A stretch of 64,000 bases of DNA from Auanema rhodensis. Lineage: Eukaryota > Animalia > Nematoda. The stretch covers positions 22,134,001 through 22,198,000 of the forward strand of contig OZ059900.1 of the NCBI GenBank assembly GCA_964057225.1. Direction: 5' to 3'. The notes beneath the pieces are model-generated. The model was not told the DNA's origin, made no database searches, and saw nothing but the letters and a program-made list of their open reading frames with translations. Positions 12,658 to 27,700 of this stretch are shown here, one piece after another (position 1 is the first letter of the stretch; each line of letters begins with the position of its first letter). Both the position numbers and the translations under genes were made by a program.

Positions 12658-14709
12658 TGTAAAATGCTTCATTTTAGTATGTAACACGCTGAAATTCGTT
12701 GCATTTGACGACTCATATGAACAAAAATCGATTTAATCAATATTAGCCATAAGGGGCGTGCCCTCAGAATATGCTAACTTCCTTAATTTTCTAACCCCTG
12801 TTTTTTTGTCGTGAAAGTGGAACTAGACGTTGTACGAACAATTTTGAGCTAGGTTTCATTGACATTGCATGAGTTTGAACACATGAAATCGTAAGTCAAA
12901 ACCTTGTTTACAGCGAAATTTCCAAAAACTGGTTTTCCAGCATAATAAAATATTTCTCATGGGAAATACTGTGTTTTTGTATTTTTCTAGTGTTCAGCAT
13001 GTAAAATGTTTCATTTTAGTATGTAACACGCTGAAATTCGTTACATTTGACGACTCATATGAACAAAAATCGATTTAATCAATATTAGCCATAAGGGGCG
13101 TGCCCTCAGAATATGCTAATTTCCTTAATTTTCTAACCCCTGTTTTTTTGTCGTGAAAGTGGAACTAGACGTTGTACGAACAATTTTGAGCTAGGTTTCA
13201 TTGACATTGCATGAGTTTGAACACATGAAATCGTAAGTCAAAACCTTGTTTACAGCGAAATTTCCAAAAACTGGTTTTCCAGCATAATAAAATATTTCTC
13301 ATGGGAAATACTGTGTTTTTGTATTTTTCTAGTGTTCAGCATGTAAAATGCTTCATTTTAGTATGTAACACGCTGAAATTCGTTGCATTTGACGACTCAT
13401 ATGAACAAAAATCGATTTAATCAATATTAGCTATAAGGGGCGTGCCCTCAGAATATGCTAATTTCCTTAATTTTCTAACCCCTGTTTTTTTGTCGTGAAA
13501 GTGGAACTAGACGTTGTACGAACAATTTTGAGCTAAGTTTCATTGACATTGCATGAGTTTGAACACATGAAATCGTAAGTCAAAACCTTGTTTACAGCGA
13601 AATTTCCAAAAACTGGTTTTCCAGCATAATAAAATATTTCTCATGGGAAATACTGTGTTTTTGTATTTTTCTAGTGTTCAGCATGTAAAATGCTTCATTT
13701 TAGTATGTAACACGCTGAAATTCGTTGCATTTGACGACTCATATGAACAAAAATCGATTTAATCAATATTAGCCATAAGGGGCGTGCCCTCAGAATATGC
13801 TAACTTCCTTAATTTTCTAACCCCTGTTTTTTTGTCGTGAAAGTGGAACTAGACGTTGTACGAACAATTTTGAGCTAGGTTTCATTGACATTGCATGAGT
13901 TTGAACACATGAAATCGTAAGTCAAAACCTTGTTTACAGCGAAATTTCCAAAAACTGGTTTTCCAGCATAATAAAATATTTCTCATGGGAAATACTGTGT
14001 TTTTGTATTTTTCTAGTGTTCAGCATGTAAAATGTTTCATTTTAGTATGTAACACGCTGAAATTCGTTACATTTGACGACTCATATGAACAAAAATCGAT
14101 TTAATCAATATTAGCCATAAGGGGCGTGCCCTCAGAATATGCTAATTTCCTTAATTTTCTAACCCCTGTTTTTTTGTCGTGAAAGTGGAACTAGACGTTG
14201 TACGAACAATTTTGAGCTAGGTTTCATTGACATTGCATGAGTTTGAACACATGAAATCGTAAGTCAAAACCTTGTTTACAGCGAAATTTCCAAAAACTGG
14301 TTTTCCAGCATAATAAAATATTTCTCATGGGAAATACTGTGTTTTTGTATTTTTCTAGTGTTCAGCATGTAAAATGCTTCATTTTAGTATGTAACACGCT
14401 GAAATTCGTTGCATTTGACGACTCATATGAACAAAAATCGATTTAATCAATATTAGCTATAAGGGGCGTGCCCTCAGAATATGCTAATTTCCTTAATTTT
14501 CTAACCCCTGTTTTTTTGTCGTGAAAGTGGAACTAGACGTTGTACGAACAATTTTGAGCTAAGTTTCATTGACATTGCATGAGTTTGAACACATGAAATC
14601 GTAAGTCAAAACCTTGTTTACAGCGAAATTTCCAAAAACTGGTTTTCCAGCATAATAAAATATTTCTCATGGGAAATACTGTGTTTTTGTATTTTTCTAG
14701 TGTTCAGCA
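12658..14709. repeat. Tandem duplication of a 3-monomer block (2 x 1026 bp)
   Basis: The order [AACTTCC] - [AATGTTT+TTACATT] - [GCTATAAG+CTAAGTT] occurs at 12658-13683 and again at 13684-14709. Confidence 0.85.
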
Positions 14710-15735
14710 TGTAAAATGCTTCATTTTAGTATGTAACACGCTGTAATTCGTTGCATTTGACGACTCATATGAACAAAAATCGATTTAATCAATATTAGCC
14801 ATAAGGGGCGTGCCCTCAGAATATGCTAATTTCCTTAATTTTCTAACCCCTGTTTTTTTGTCGTGAAAGTGGAACTAGACGTTGTACGAACAATTTTGAG
14901 CTAAGTTTCATTGACATTGCATGAGTTTGAACACATGAAATCGTAAGTCAAAACCTTGTTTACAGCGAAATTTCCAAAAACTGGTTTTCCAGCATAATAA
15001 AATATTTCTCATGGGAAATACTGTGTTTTTGTATTTTTCTAGTGTTCAGCATGTAAAATGCTTCATTTTAGTATGTAACACGCTGTAATTCGTTGCATTT
15101 GACGACTCATATGAACAAAAATCGATTTAATCAATATTAGCCATAAGGGGCGTGCCCTCAGAATATGCTAATTTCCTTAATTTTCTAACCCCTGTTTTTT
15201 TGTCGTGAAAGTGGAACTAGACGTTGTACGAACAATTTTGAGCTAGGTTTCATTGACATTGCATGAGTTTGAACACATGAAATCGTAAGTCAAAACCTTG
15301 TTTACAGCGAAATTTCCAAAAACTGGTTTTCCAGCATAATAAAATATTTCTCATGGGAAATACTGTGTTTTTGTATTTTACTAGTGTTCAGCATGTAAAA
15401 TGCTTCATTTTAGTATGTAACACGCTGAAATTCGTTGCATTTGACGACTCATATGAACAAAAATCGATTTAATCAATATTAGCCATAAGGGGCGTGCCCT
15501 CAGAATATGCTAATTTCCTTAATTTTCTAACCCCTGTTTTTTTGTCGTGAAAGTGGAACTAGACGTTGTACGAACAATTTTGAGCTAGGTTTCATTGACA
15601 TTGCATGAGTTTGAACACATGAAATCGTAAGTCAAAACCTTGTTTACAGCGAAATTTCCAAAAACTGGTTTTCCAGCATAATAAAATATTTCTCATGGGA
15701 AATACTGTGTTTTTGTATTTTTCTAGTGTTCAGCA

Positions 15736-18700
15736 TGTAAAATGCTTCATTTTAGTATGTAACACGCTGAAATTCGTTGCATTTGACGACTCATATGAAC
15801 AAAAATCGATTTAATCAATATTAGCCATAAGGGGCGTGCCCTCAGAATATGCTAATTTCCTTAATTTTCTAACCCTTGTTTTTTTGTCGTGAAAGTGAAA
15901 CTAGACGTTGTACGAACAAATTTGAGCTAGGTTTCATTGACATTGCATGAGTTTGAACACATGAAATCGTAAGTCAAAACCTTGTTTACAGCGAAATTTC
16001 CAAAAACTGGTTTTCCAGCATAATAAAATATTTCTCATGGGAAATACTGTGTTTTTGTATTTTTCTAGTGTTCAGCATGTAAAATGCTTCATTTTAGTAT
16101 GTAACACGCTGAAATTCGTTGCATTTGACGACTCATATGAACAAAAATCGATTTAATCAATATTAGCCATAAGGGGCGTGCCCTCAGAATATGCTAATTT
16201 CCTTAATTTTCTAACCCTTGTTTTTTTGTCGTGAAAGTGGAACTAGACGTTGTACGAACAATTTTGAGCTAGGTTTCATTGACATTGCATGAGTTTGAAC
16301 ACATGAAATCGTAAGTCAAAACCTTGTTTACAGCGAAATTTCCAAAAACTGGTTTTCCAGCATAATAAAATATTTCTCATGGGAAATACTGTGTTTTTGT
16401 ATTTTTCTAGTGTTCAGCATGTAAAATGCTTCATTTTAGTATGTAACACGCTGAAATTCGTTGCATTTGACGACTCATATGAACAAAAATCGATTTAATC
16501 AATATTAGCCATAAGGGGCGTGCCCTCAGAATATGCTAATTTCCTTAATTTTCTAACCCCTGTTTTTTTGTCGTGAAAGTGGAACTAGGCGTTGTACGAA
16601 CAATTTTGAGCTAGGTTTCATTGACATTGCATGAGTTTGAACACATGAAATCGTAAGTCAAAACCTTGTTTACAGCGAAATTTCCAAAAACTGGTTTTCC
16701 AGCATAATAAAATATTTCTCATGGGAAATACTGTGTTTTTGTATTTTTCTAGTGTTCAGCATGTAAAATGCTTCATTTTAGTATGTAACACGCTGAAATT
16801 CGTTGCATTTGACGACTCATATGAACAAAAATCGATTTAATCAATATTAGCCATAAGGGGCGTGCCCTCAGAATATGCTAATTTCCTTAATTTTCTAACC
16901 CCTGTTTTTTTGTCGTGAAAGTGGAACTAGACGTTGTACGAACAATTTTGAGCTAGGTTTCATTGACATTGCATGAGTTTGAACACATGAAATCGTAAGT
17001 CAAAACCTTGTTTACAGCGAAATTTCCAAAAACTGGTTTTCCAGCATAATAAAATATTTCTCATGGGAAATACTGTGTTTTTGTATTTTTCTAGTGTTCA
17101 GCATGTTAAATGCTTCATTTTAGTATGTAACACGCTGAAATTCGTTGCATTTGACGACTCATATGAACAAAAATCGATTTAATCAATATTAGCCATAAGG
17201 GGCGTGCCCTCAGAATATGCTAATTTCCTTAATTTTCTAACCCCTGTTTTTTTGTCGTGAAAGTGGAACTAGACGTTGTACGAACAATTTTGAGCTAGGT
17301 TTCATTAACATTGCATGAGTTTGAACACATGAAATCGTAAGTCAAAACCTTGTTTACAGCGAAATTTCCAAAAACTGGTTTTCCAGCATAATAAAATATT
17401 TCTCATGGGAAATACTGTGTTTTTGTATTTTTCTAGTGTTCAGCATGTAAAATGCTTCATTTTAGTATGTAACACGCTGAAATTCGTTGCATTTGACGAC
17501 TCATATGAACAAAAATCGATTTAATCAATATTAGCCATAAGGGGCGTGCCCTCAGAATATGCTAATTTCCTTAATTTTCTAACCCCTGTTTTTTTGTCGT
17601 GAAAGTGGAACTAGACGTTGTACGAACAATTTTGAGCTAGGTTTCATTGACATTGCATGAGTTTGAACACATGAAATCGTAAGTCAAAACCTTGTTTACA
17701 GCGAAATTTCCAAAAACTGGTTTTCCAGCATAATAAAATATTTCTCATGGGAAATACTGTGTTTTTGTATTTTTCTAGTGTTCAGCATGTAAAATGCTTC
17801 ATTTTAGTATGTAACACGCTGAAATTCGTTGCATTTGACGACTCATATGAACAAAAATCGATTTAATCAATATTAGCCATAAGGGGCGTGCCCTCAGAAT
17901 ATGCTAATTTCCTTAATTTTCTAACCCCTGTTTTTTTGTCGTGAAAGTGGAACTAGACGTTGTACGAACAATTTTGAGCTAGGTTTCATTGACATTGCAT
18001 GAGTTTGAACACATGAAATCGTAAGTCAAAACCTTGTTTACAGCGAAATTTCCAAAAACTGGTTTTCCAGCATAATAAAATATTTCTCATGGGAAATACT
18101 GTGTTTTTGTATTTTTCTAGTGTTCAGCATGTAAAATGCTTCATTTTAGTATGTAACACGCTGAAATTCGTTGCATTTGACGACTCATATGAACAAAAAT
18201 CGATTTAATCAATATTAGCCATAAGGGGCGTGCCCTCAGAATATGCTAATTTCCTTAATTTTCTAACCCCTGTTTTTTTGTCGTGAAAGTGGAACTAGAC
18301 GTTGTACGAACAATTTTGAGCTAAGTTTCATTGACATTGCATGAGTTTGAACACATGAAATCGTAAGTCAAAACCTTGTTTACAGCGAAATTTCCAAAAA
18401 CTGGTTTTCCAGCATAATAAAAAATTTCTCATGGGAAATACTGTGTTTTTGTTTTTTTCTAGTGTTCAGCATGTAAAATGCTTCATTTTAGTATGTAACA
18501 CGCTGAAATTCGTTGCATTTGACGACTCATATGAACAAAAATCGATTTAATCAATATTAGCCATAAGGGGCGTGCCCTCAGAATATGCTAATTTCCTTAA
18601 TTTTCTAACCCCTGTTTTTTTGTCGTGAAAGTGAAACTAGACGTTGTACGAACAAATTTGAGCTAGGTTTCATTGACATTGCATGAGTTTGAACACATGA

Positions 18701-21700
18701 AATCGTAAGTCAAAACCTTGTTTACAGCGAAATTTCCAAAAACTGGTTTTCCAGCATAATAAAATATTTCTCATGGGAAATACTGTGTTTTTGTATTTTT
18801 CTAGTGTTCAGCATGTAAAATGCTTCATTTTAGTATGTAACACGCTGAAATTCGTTGCATTTGACGACTCATATGAACAAAAATCGATTTAATCAATATT
18901 AGCCATAAGGGGCGTGCCCTCAGAATATGCTAATTTCCTTAATTTTCTAACCCTTGTTTTTTTGTCGTGAAAGTGGAACTAGACGTTGTACGAACAATTT
19001 TGAGCTAGGTTTCATTGACATTGCATGAGTTTGAACACATGAAATCGTAAGTCAAAACCTTGTTTACAGCGAAATTTCCAAAAACTGGTTTTCCAGCATA
19101 ATAAAATATTTCTCATGGGAAATACTGTATTTTTGTATTTTTCTAGTGTTCAGCATGTAAAATGCTTCATTTTAGTATGTAACACGCTGAAATTCGTTGC
19201 ATTTGACGACTCATATGAACAAAAATCGATTTAATCAATATTAGCCATAAGGGGCGTGCCCTCAGAATATGCTAATTTCCTTAATTTTCTAACCCCTGTT
19301 TTTTTGTCGTGAAAGTGGAACTAGGCGTTGAACGAACAATTTTGAGCTAGGTTTCATTGACATTGCATGAGTTTGAACACATGAAATCGTAAGTCAAAAC
19401 CTTGTTTACAGCGAAATTTCCAAAAACTGGTTTTCCAGCATAATAAAATATTTGTCATGGGAAATACTGTGTTTTTGTATTTTTCTAGTGTTCAGCATGT
19501 AAAATGCTTCATTTTAGTATGTAACACGCTGAAATTCGTTGCATTTGACGACTCATATGAACAAAAATCGATTTAATCAATATTAGCCATAAGGGGCGTG
19601 CCCTCAGAATATGCTAATTTCCTTAATTTTCTAACCCCTGTTTTTTTGTCGTGAAAGTGGAACTAGACGTTGTACGAACAATTTTGAGCTAGGTTTCATT
19701 GACATTGCATGAGTTTGAACACATGAAATCGTAAGTCAAAACCTTGTTTACAGCGAAATTTCCAAAAACTGGTTTTCCAGCATAATAAAATATTTGTCAT
19801 GGGAAATACTGTGTTTTTGTATTTTTCTAGTGTTCAGCATGTAAAATGCTTCATTTTAGTATGTAACACGCTGAAATTCGTTGCATTTGACGACTCATAT
19901 GAACAAAAATCGATTTAATCAATATTAGCCATAAGGGGCGTGCCCTCAGAATATGCTAATTTCCTTAATTTTCTAACCCCTGTTTTTTTGTCGTGAAAGT
20001 GGAACTAGACGTTGTACGAACAATTTTGAGCTAGGTTTCATTAACATTGCATGAGTTTGAACACATGAAATCGTAAGTCAAAACCTTGTTTACAGCGAAA
20101 TTTCCAAAAACTGGTTTTCCAGCATAATAAAATATTTCTCATGGGAAATACTGTGTTTTTGTATTTTTCTAGTGTTCAGCATGTAAAATGCTTCATTTTA
20201 GTATGTAACACGCTGAAATTCGTTGCATTTGACGACTCATATGAACAAAAATCGATTTAATCAATATTAGCCATAAGGGGCGTGCCCTCAGAATATGCTA
20301 ATTTCCTTAATTTTCTAACCCCTGTTTTTTTGTCGTGAAAGTGAAACTAGACGTTGTACGAACAAATTTGAGCTAGGTTTCATTGACATTGCATGAGTTT
20401 GAACACATGAAATCGTAAGTCAAAACCTTGTTTACAGCGAAATTTCCAAAAACTGGTTTTCCAGCATAATAAAATATTTCTCATGGGAAATACTGTGTTT
20501 TTGTATTTTTCTAGTGTTCAGCATGTAAAATGCTTCATTTTAGTATGTAACACGCTGAAATTCGTTGCATTTGACGACTCATATGAACAAAAATCGATTT
20601 AATCAATATTAGCCATAAGGGGCGTGCCCTCAGAATATGCTAATTTCCTTAATTTTCTAACCCTTGTTTTTTTGTCGTGAAAGTGGAACTAGACGTTGTA
20701 CGAACAATTTTGAGCTAGGTTTCATTGACATTGCATGAGTTTGAACACATGAAATCGTAAGTCAAAACCTTGTTTACAGCGAAATTTCCAAAAACTGGTT
20801 TTCCAGCATAATAAAATATTTCTCATGGGAAATACTGTATTTTTGTATTTTTCTAGTGTTCAGCATGTAAAATGCTTCATTTTAGTATGTAACACGCTGA
20901 AATTCGTTGCATTTGACGACTCATATGAACAAAAATCGATTTAATCAATATTAGCCATAAGGGGCGTGCCCTCAGAATATGCTAATTTCCTTAATTTTCT
21001 AACCCCTGTTTTTTTGTCGTGAAAGTGGAACTAGGCGTTGTACGAACAATTTTGAGCTAGGTTTCATTGACATTGCATGAGTTTGAACACATGAAATCGT
21101 AAGTCAAAACCTTGTTTACAGCGAAATTTCCAAAAACTGGTTTTCCAGCATAATAAAATATTTGTCATGGGAAATACTGTGTTTTTGTATTTTTCTAGTG
21201 TTCAGCATGTAAAATGCTTCATTTTAGTATGTAACACGCTGAAATTCGTTGCATTTGACGACTCATATGAACAAAAATCGATTTAATCAATATTAGCCAT
21301 AAGGGGCGTGCCCTCAGAATATGCTAATTTCCTTAATTTTCTAACCCCTGTTTTTTTGTCGTGAAAGTGGAACTAGACGTTGTACGAACAATTTTGAGCT
21401 AGGTTTCATTGACATTGCATGAGTTTGAACACATGAAATCGTAAGTCAAAACCTTGTTTACAGCGAAATTTCCAAAAACTGGTTTTCCAGCATAATAAAA
21501 TATTTCTCATGGGAAATACTGTGTTTTTGTATTTTTCTAGTGTTCAGCATGTTAAATGCTTCATTTTAGTATGTAACACGCTGAAATTCGTTGCATTTGA
21601 CGACTCATATGAACAAAAATCGATTTAATCAATATTAGCCATAAGGGGCGTGCCCTCAGAATATGCTAATTTCCTTAATTTTCTAACCCCTGTTTTTTTG

Positions 21701-24700
21701 TCGTGAAAGTGGAACTAGACGTTGTACGAACAATTTTGAGCTAGGTTTCATTAACATTGCATGAGTTTGAACACATGAAATCGTAAGTCAAAACCTTGTT
21801 TACAGCGAAATTTCCAAAAACTGGTTTTCCAGCATAATAAAATATTTCTCATGGGAAATACTGTGTTTTTGTATTTTTCTAGTGTTCAGCATGTAAAATG
21901 CTTCATTTTAGTATGTAACACGCTGAAATTCGTTGCATTTGACGACTCATATGAACAAAAATCGATTTAATCAATATTAGCCATAAGGGGCGTGCCCTCA
22001 GAATATGCTAATTTCCTTAATTTTCTAACCCCTGTTTTTTTGTCGTGAAAGTGGAACTAGACGTTGTACGAACAATTTTGAGCTAGGTTTCATTGACATT
22101 GCATGAGTTTGAACACATGAAATCGTAAGTCAAAACCTTGTTTACAGCGAAATTTCCAAAAACTGGTTTTCCAGCATAATAAAATATTTCTCATGGGAAA
22201 TACTGTATTTTTGTATTTTTCTAGTGTTCAGCATGTAAAATGCTTCATTTTAGTATGTAACACGCTGAAATTCGTTGCATTTGACGACTCATATGAACAA
22301 AAATCGATTTAATCAATATTAGCCATAAGGGGCGTGCCCTCAGAATATGCTAATTTCCTTAATTTTCTAACCCCTGTTTTTTTGTCGTGAAAGTGGAACT
22401 AGGCGTTGTACGAACAATTTTGAGCTAGGTTTCATTGACATTGCATGAGTTTGAACACATGAAATCGTAAGTCAAAACCTTGTTTACAGCGAAATTTCCA
22501 AAAACTGGTTTTCCAGCATAATAAAATATTTGTCATGGGAAATACTGTGTTTTTGTATTTTTCTAGTGTTCAGCATGTAAAATGCTTCATTTTAGTATGT
22601 AACACGCTGAAATTCGTTGCATTTGACGACTCATATGAACAAAAATCGATTTAATCAATATTAGCCATAAGGGGCGTGCCCTCAGAATATGCTAATTTCC
22701 TTAATTTTCTAACCCCTGTTTTTTTGTCGTGAAAGTGGAACTAGACGTTGTACGAACAATTTTGAGCTAGGTTTCATTGACATTGCATGAGTTTGAACAC
22801 ATGAAATCGTAAGTCAAAACCTTGTTTACAGCGAAATTTCCAAAAACTGGTTTTCCAGCATAATAAAATATTTCTCATGGGAAATACTGTGTTTTTGTAT
22901 TTTTCTAGTGTTCAGCATGTTAAATGCTTCATTTTAGTATGTAACACGCTGAAATTCGTTGCATTTGACGACTCATATGAACAAAAATCGATTTAATCAA
23001 TATTAGCCATAAGGGGCGTGCCCTCAGAATATGCTAATTTCCTTAATTTTCTAACCCCTGTTTTTTTGTCGTGAAAGTGGAACTAGACGTTGTACGAACA
23101 ATTTTGAGCTAGGTTTCATTAACATTGCATGAGTTTGAACACATGAAATCGTAAGTCAAAACCTTGTTTACAGCGAAATTTCCAAAAACTGGTTTTCCAG
23201 CATAATAAAATATTTCTCATGGGAAATACTGTGTTTTTGTATTTTTCTAGTGTTCAGCATGTAAAATGCTTCATTTTAGTATGTAACACGCTGAAATTCG
23301 TTGCATTTGACGACTCATATGAACAAAAATCGATTTAATCAATATTAGCCATAAGGGGCGTGCCCTCAGAATATGCTAATTTCCTTAATTTTCTAACCCC
23401 TGTTTTTTTGTCGTGAAAGTGGAACTAGACGTTGTACGAACAATTTTGAGCTAGGTTTCATTGACATTGCATGAGTTTGAACACATGAAATCGTAAGTCA
23501 AAACCTTGTTTACAGCGAAATTTCCAAAAACTGGTTTTCCAGCATAATAAAATATTTCTCATGGGAAATACTGTGTTTTTGTATTTTTCTAGTGTTCAGC
23601 ATGTAAAATGCTTCATTTTAGTATGTAACACGCTGAAATTCGTTGCATTTGACGACTCATATGAACAAAAATCGATTTAATCAATATTAGCCATAAGGGG
23701 CGTGCCCTCAGAATATGCTAATTTCCTTAATTTTCTAACCCCTGTTTTTTTGTCGTGAAAGTGGAACTAGACGTTGTACGAACAATTTTGAGCTAAGTTT
23801 CATTGACATTGCATGAGTTTGAACACATGAAATCGTAAGTCAAAACCTTGTTTACAGCGAAATTTCCAAAAACTGGTTTTCCAGCATAATAAAATATTTC
23901 TCATGGGAAATACTGTGTTTTTGTTTTTTTCTAGTGTTCAGCATGTAAAATGCTTCATTTTAGTATGTAACACGCTGAAATTCGTTGCATTTGACGACTC
24001 ATATGAACAAAAATCGATTTAATCAATATTAGCCATAAGGGGCGTGCCCTCAGAATATACTAATTTCCTTAATTTTCTAACCCCTGTTTTTTTGTCGTGA
24101 AAGTGGAACTAGACGTTGTACGAACAATTTTGAGCTAGGTTTCATTGACATTGCATGAGTTTGAACACATGAAATCGTAAGTCAAAACCTTGTTTACAGC
24201 GAAATTTCCAAAAACTGGTTTTCCAGCATAATAAAATATTTCTCATGGGAAATACTGTGTTTTTGTATTTTTCTAGTGTTCAGCATGTAAAATGCTTCAT
24301 TTTAGTATGTAACACGCTGAAATTCGTTGCATTTGACGACTCATATGAACAAAAATCGATTTAATCAATATTAGCCATGAGGGGCGTGCCCTCAGAATAT
24401 GCTAATTTCCTTAATTTTCTAACCCCTGTTTTTTTGTCGTGAAAGTGGAACTAGGCGTTGTACGAACAATTTTGAGCTAGGTTTCATTGACATTGCATGA
24501 GTTTGAACACATGAAATCGTAAGTCAAAACCTTGTTTACAGCGAAATTTCCAAAAACTGGTTTTCCAGCATAATAAAATATTTCTCATGGGAAATACTGT
24601 GTTTTTGTATTTTTCTAGTGTTCAGCATGTAAAATGCTTCATTTTAGTATGTAACACGCTGAAATTCGTTGCATTTGACGACTCATATGAACAAAAATCG

Positions 24701-27700
24701 ATTTAATCAATATTAGCCATAAGGGGCGTGCCCTCAGAATATGCTAATTTCCTTAATTTTCTAACCCCTGTTTTTTTGTCGTGAAAGTGGAACTAGACGT
24801 TGTACGAACAATTTTGAGCTAGGTTTCATTGACATTGCATGAGTTTGAACACATGAAATCGTAAGTCAAAACCTTGTTTACAGCGAAATTTCCAAAAACT
24901 GGTTTTCCAGCATAATAAAATATTTCTCATGGGAAATACTGTGTTTTTGTATTTTTCTAGTGTTCAGCATGTTAAATGCTTCATTTTAGTATGTAACACG
25001 CTGAAATTCGTTGCATTTGACGACTCATATGAACAAAAATCGATTTAATCAATATTAGCCATAAGGGGCGTGCCCTCAGAATATGCTAATTTCCTTAATT
25101 TTCTAACCCCTGTTTTTTTGTCGTGAAAGTGGAACTAGACGTTGTACGAACAATTTTGAGCTAGGTTTCATTAACATTGCATGAGTTTGAACACATGAAA
25201 TCGTAAGTCAAAACCTTGTTTACAGCGAAATTTCCAAAAACTGGTTTTCCAGCATAATAAAATATTTCTCATGGGAAATACTGTGTTTTTGTATTTTTCT
25301 AGTGTTCAGCATGTAAAATGCTTCATTTTAGTATGTAACACGCTGAAATTCGTTGCATTTGACGACTCATATGAACAAAAATCGATTTAATCAATATTAG
25401 CCATAAGGGGCGTGCCCTCAGAATATGCTAATTTCCTTAATTTTCTAACCCCTGTTTTTTTGTCGTGAAAGTGGAACTAGACGTTGTACGAACAATTTTG
25501 AGCTAGGTTTCATTGACATTGCATGAGTTTGAACACATGAAATCGTAAGTCAAAACCTTGTTTACAGCGAAATTTCCAAAAACTGGTTTTCCAGCATAAT
25601 AAAATATTTCTCATGGGAAATACTGTGTTTTTGTTTTTTTCTAGTGTTCAGCATGTAAAATGCTTCATTTTAGTATGTAACACGCTGAAATTCGTTGCAT
25701 TTGACGACTCATATGAACAAAAATCGATTTAATCAATATTAGCCATAAGGGGCGTGCCCTCAGAATATACTAATTTCCTTAATTTTCTAACCCCTGTTTT
25801 TTTGTCGTGAAAGTGGAACTAGACGTTGTACGAACAATTTTGAGCTAGGTTTCATTGACATTGCATGAGTTTGAACACATGAAATCGTAAGTCAAAACCT
25901 TGTTTACAGCGAAATTTCCAAAAACTGGTTTTCCAGCATAATAAAATATTTCTCATGGGAAATACTGTGTTTTTGTATTTTTCTAGTGTTCAGCATGTAA
26001 AATGCTTCATTTTAGTATGTAACACGCTGAAATTCGTTGCATTTGACGACTCATATGAACCAAAATCGATTTAATCAATATTAGCCATAAGGGGCGTGCC
26101 CTCAGAATATGCTAATTTCCTTAATTTTCTAACCCTTGTTTTTTTGTCGTGAAAGTGGAACTAGACGTTGTACGAACAATTTTGAGCTAGGTTTCATTGA
26201 CATTGCATGAGTTTGAACACATGAAATCGTAAGTCAAAACCTTGTTTACAGCGAAATTTCCAAAAACTGGTTTTCCAGCATAATAAAATATTTCTCATGG
26301 GAAATACTGTGTTTTTGTATTTTTCTAGTGTTCAGCATGTAAAATGCTTCATTTTAGTATGTAACACGCTGAAATTCGTTGCATTTGACGACTCATATGA
26401 ACAAAAATCGATTTAATCAATATTAGCCATAAGGGGCGTGCCCTCAGAATATGCTAATTTCCTTAATTTTCTAACCCCTGTTTTTTTGTCGTGAAAGTGG
26501 AACTAGACGTTGTACGAACAATTTTGAGCTAGGTTTCATTAACATTGCATGAGTTTGAACACATGAAATCGTAAGTCAAAACCTTGTTTACAGCGAAATT
26601 TCCAAAAACTGGTTTTCCAGCATAATAAAATATTTCTCATGGGAAATACTGTGTTTTTGTATTTTTCTAGTGTTCAGCATGTAAAATGCTTCATTTTAGT
26701 ATGTAACACGCTGAAATTCGTTGCATTTGACGACTCATATGAACAAAAATCGATTTAATCAATATTAGCCATAAGGGGCGTGCCCTCAGAATATGCTAAT
26801 TTCCTTAATTTTCTAACCCCTGTTTTTTTGTCGTGAAAGTGGAACTAGACGTTGTACGAACAATTTTGAGCTAGGTTTCATTGACATTGCATGAGTTTGA
26901 ACACATGAAATCGTAAGTCAAAACCTTGTTTACAGCGAAATTTCCAAAAACTGGTTTTCCAGCATAATAAAATATTTCTCATGGGAAATACTGTGTTTTT
27001 GTATTTTTCTAGTGTTCAGCATGTAAAATGCTTCATTTTAGTATGTAACACGCTGAAATTCGTTGCATTTGACGACTCATATGAACAAAAATCGATTTAA
27101 TCAATATTAGCCATAAGGGGCGTGCCCTCAGAATATGCTAATTTCCTTAATTTTCTAACCCCTGTTTTTTTGTCGTGAAAGTGGAACTAGACGTTGTACG
27201 AACAATTTTGAGCTAAGTTTCATTGACATTGCATGAGTTTGAACACATGAAATCGTAAGTCAAAACCTTGTTTACAGCGAAATTTCCAAAAACTGGTTTT
27301 CCAGCATAATAAAATATTTCTCATGGGAAATACTGTGTTTTTGTTTTTTTCTAGTGTTCAGCATGTAAAATGCTTCATTTTAGTATGTAACACGCTGAAA
27401 TTCGTTGCATTTGACGACTCATATGAACAAAAATCGATTTAATCAATATTAGCCATAAGGGGCGTGCCCTCAGAATATGCTAATTTCCTTAATTTTCTAA
27501 CCCCTGTTTTTTTGTCGTGAAAGTGGAACTAGGCGTTGTACGAACAATTTTGAGCTAGGTTTCATTGACATTGCATGAGTTTGAACACATGAAATCGTAA
27601 GTCAAAACCTTGTTTACAGCGAAATTTCCAAAAACTGGTTTTCCAGCATAATAAAATATTTCTCATGGGAAATACTGTGTTTTTGTATTTTTCTAGTGTT

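Larger units (their letters stand above)
1..15735. repeat. Satellite haplotype domain 1 (monomers 1-46) with an imperfect 10-12-monomer higher-order repeat
   Basis: Variants largely confined here are AACTTCC, TTACATT, CTGTAATT, AAGTGAAAA, TTTTACTAG and the T8 tract. T8 monomers lie at 4932, 9037 and 12458. The order of monomers 14-24 recurs in monomers 26-36. Confidence 0.8.
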
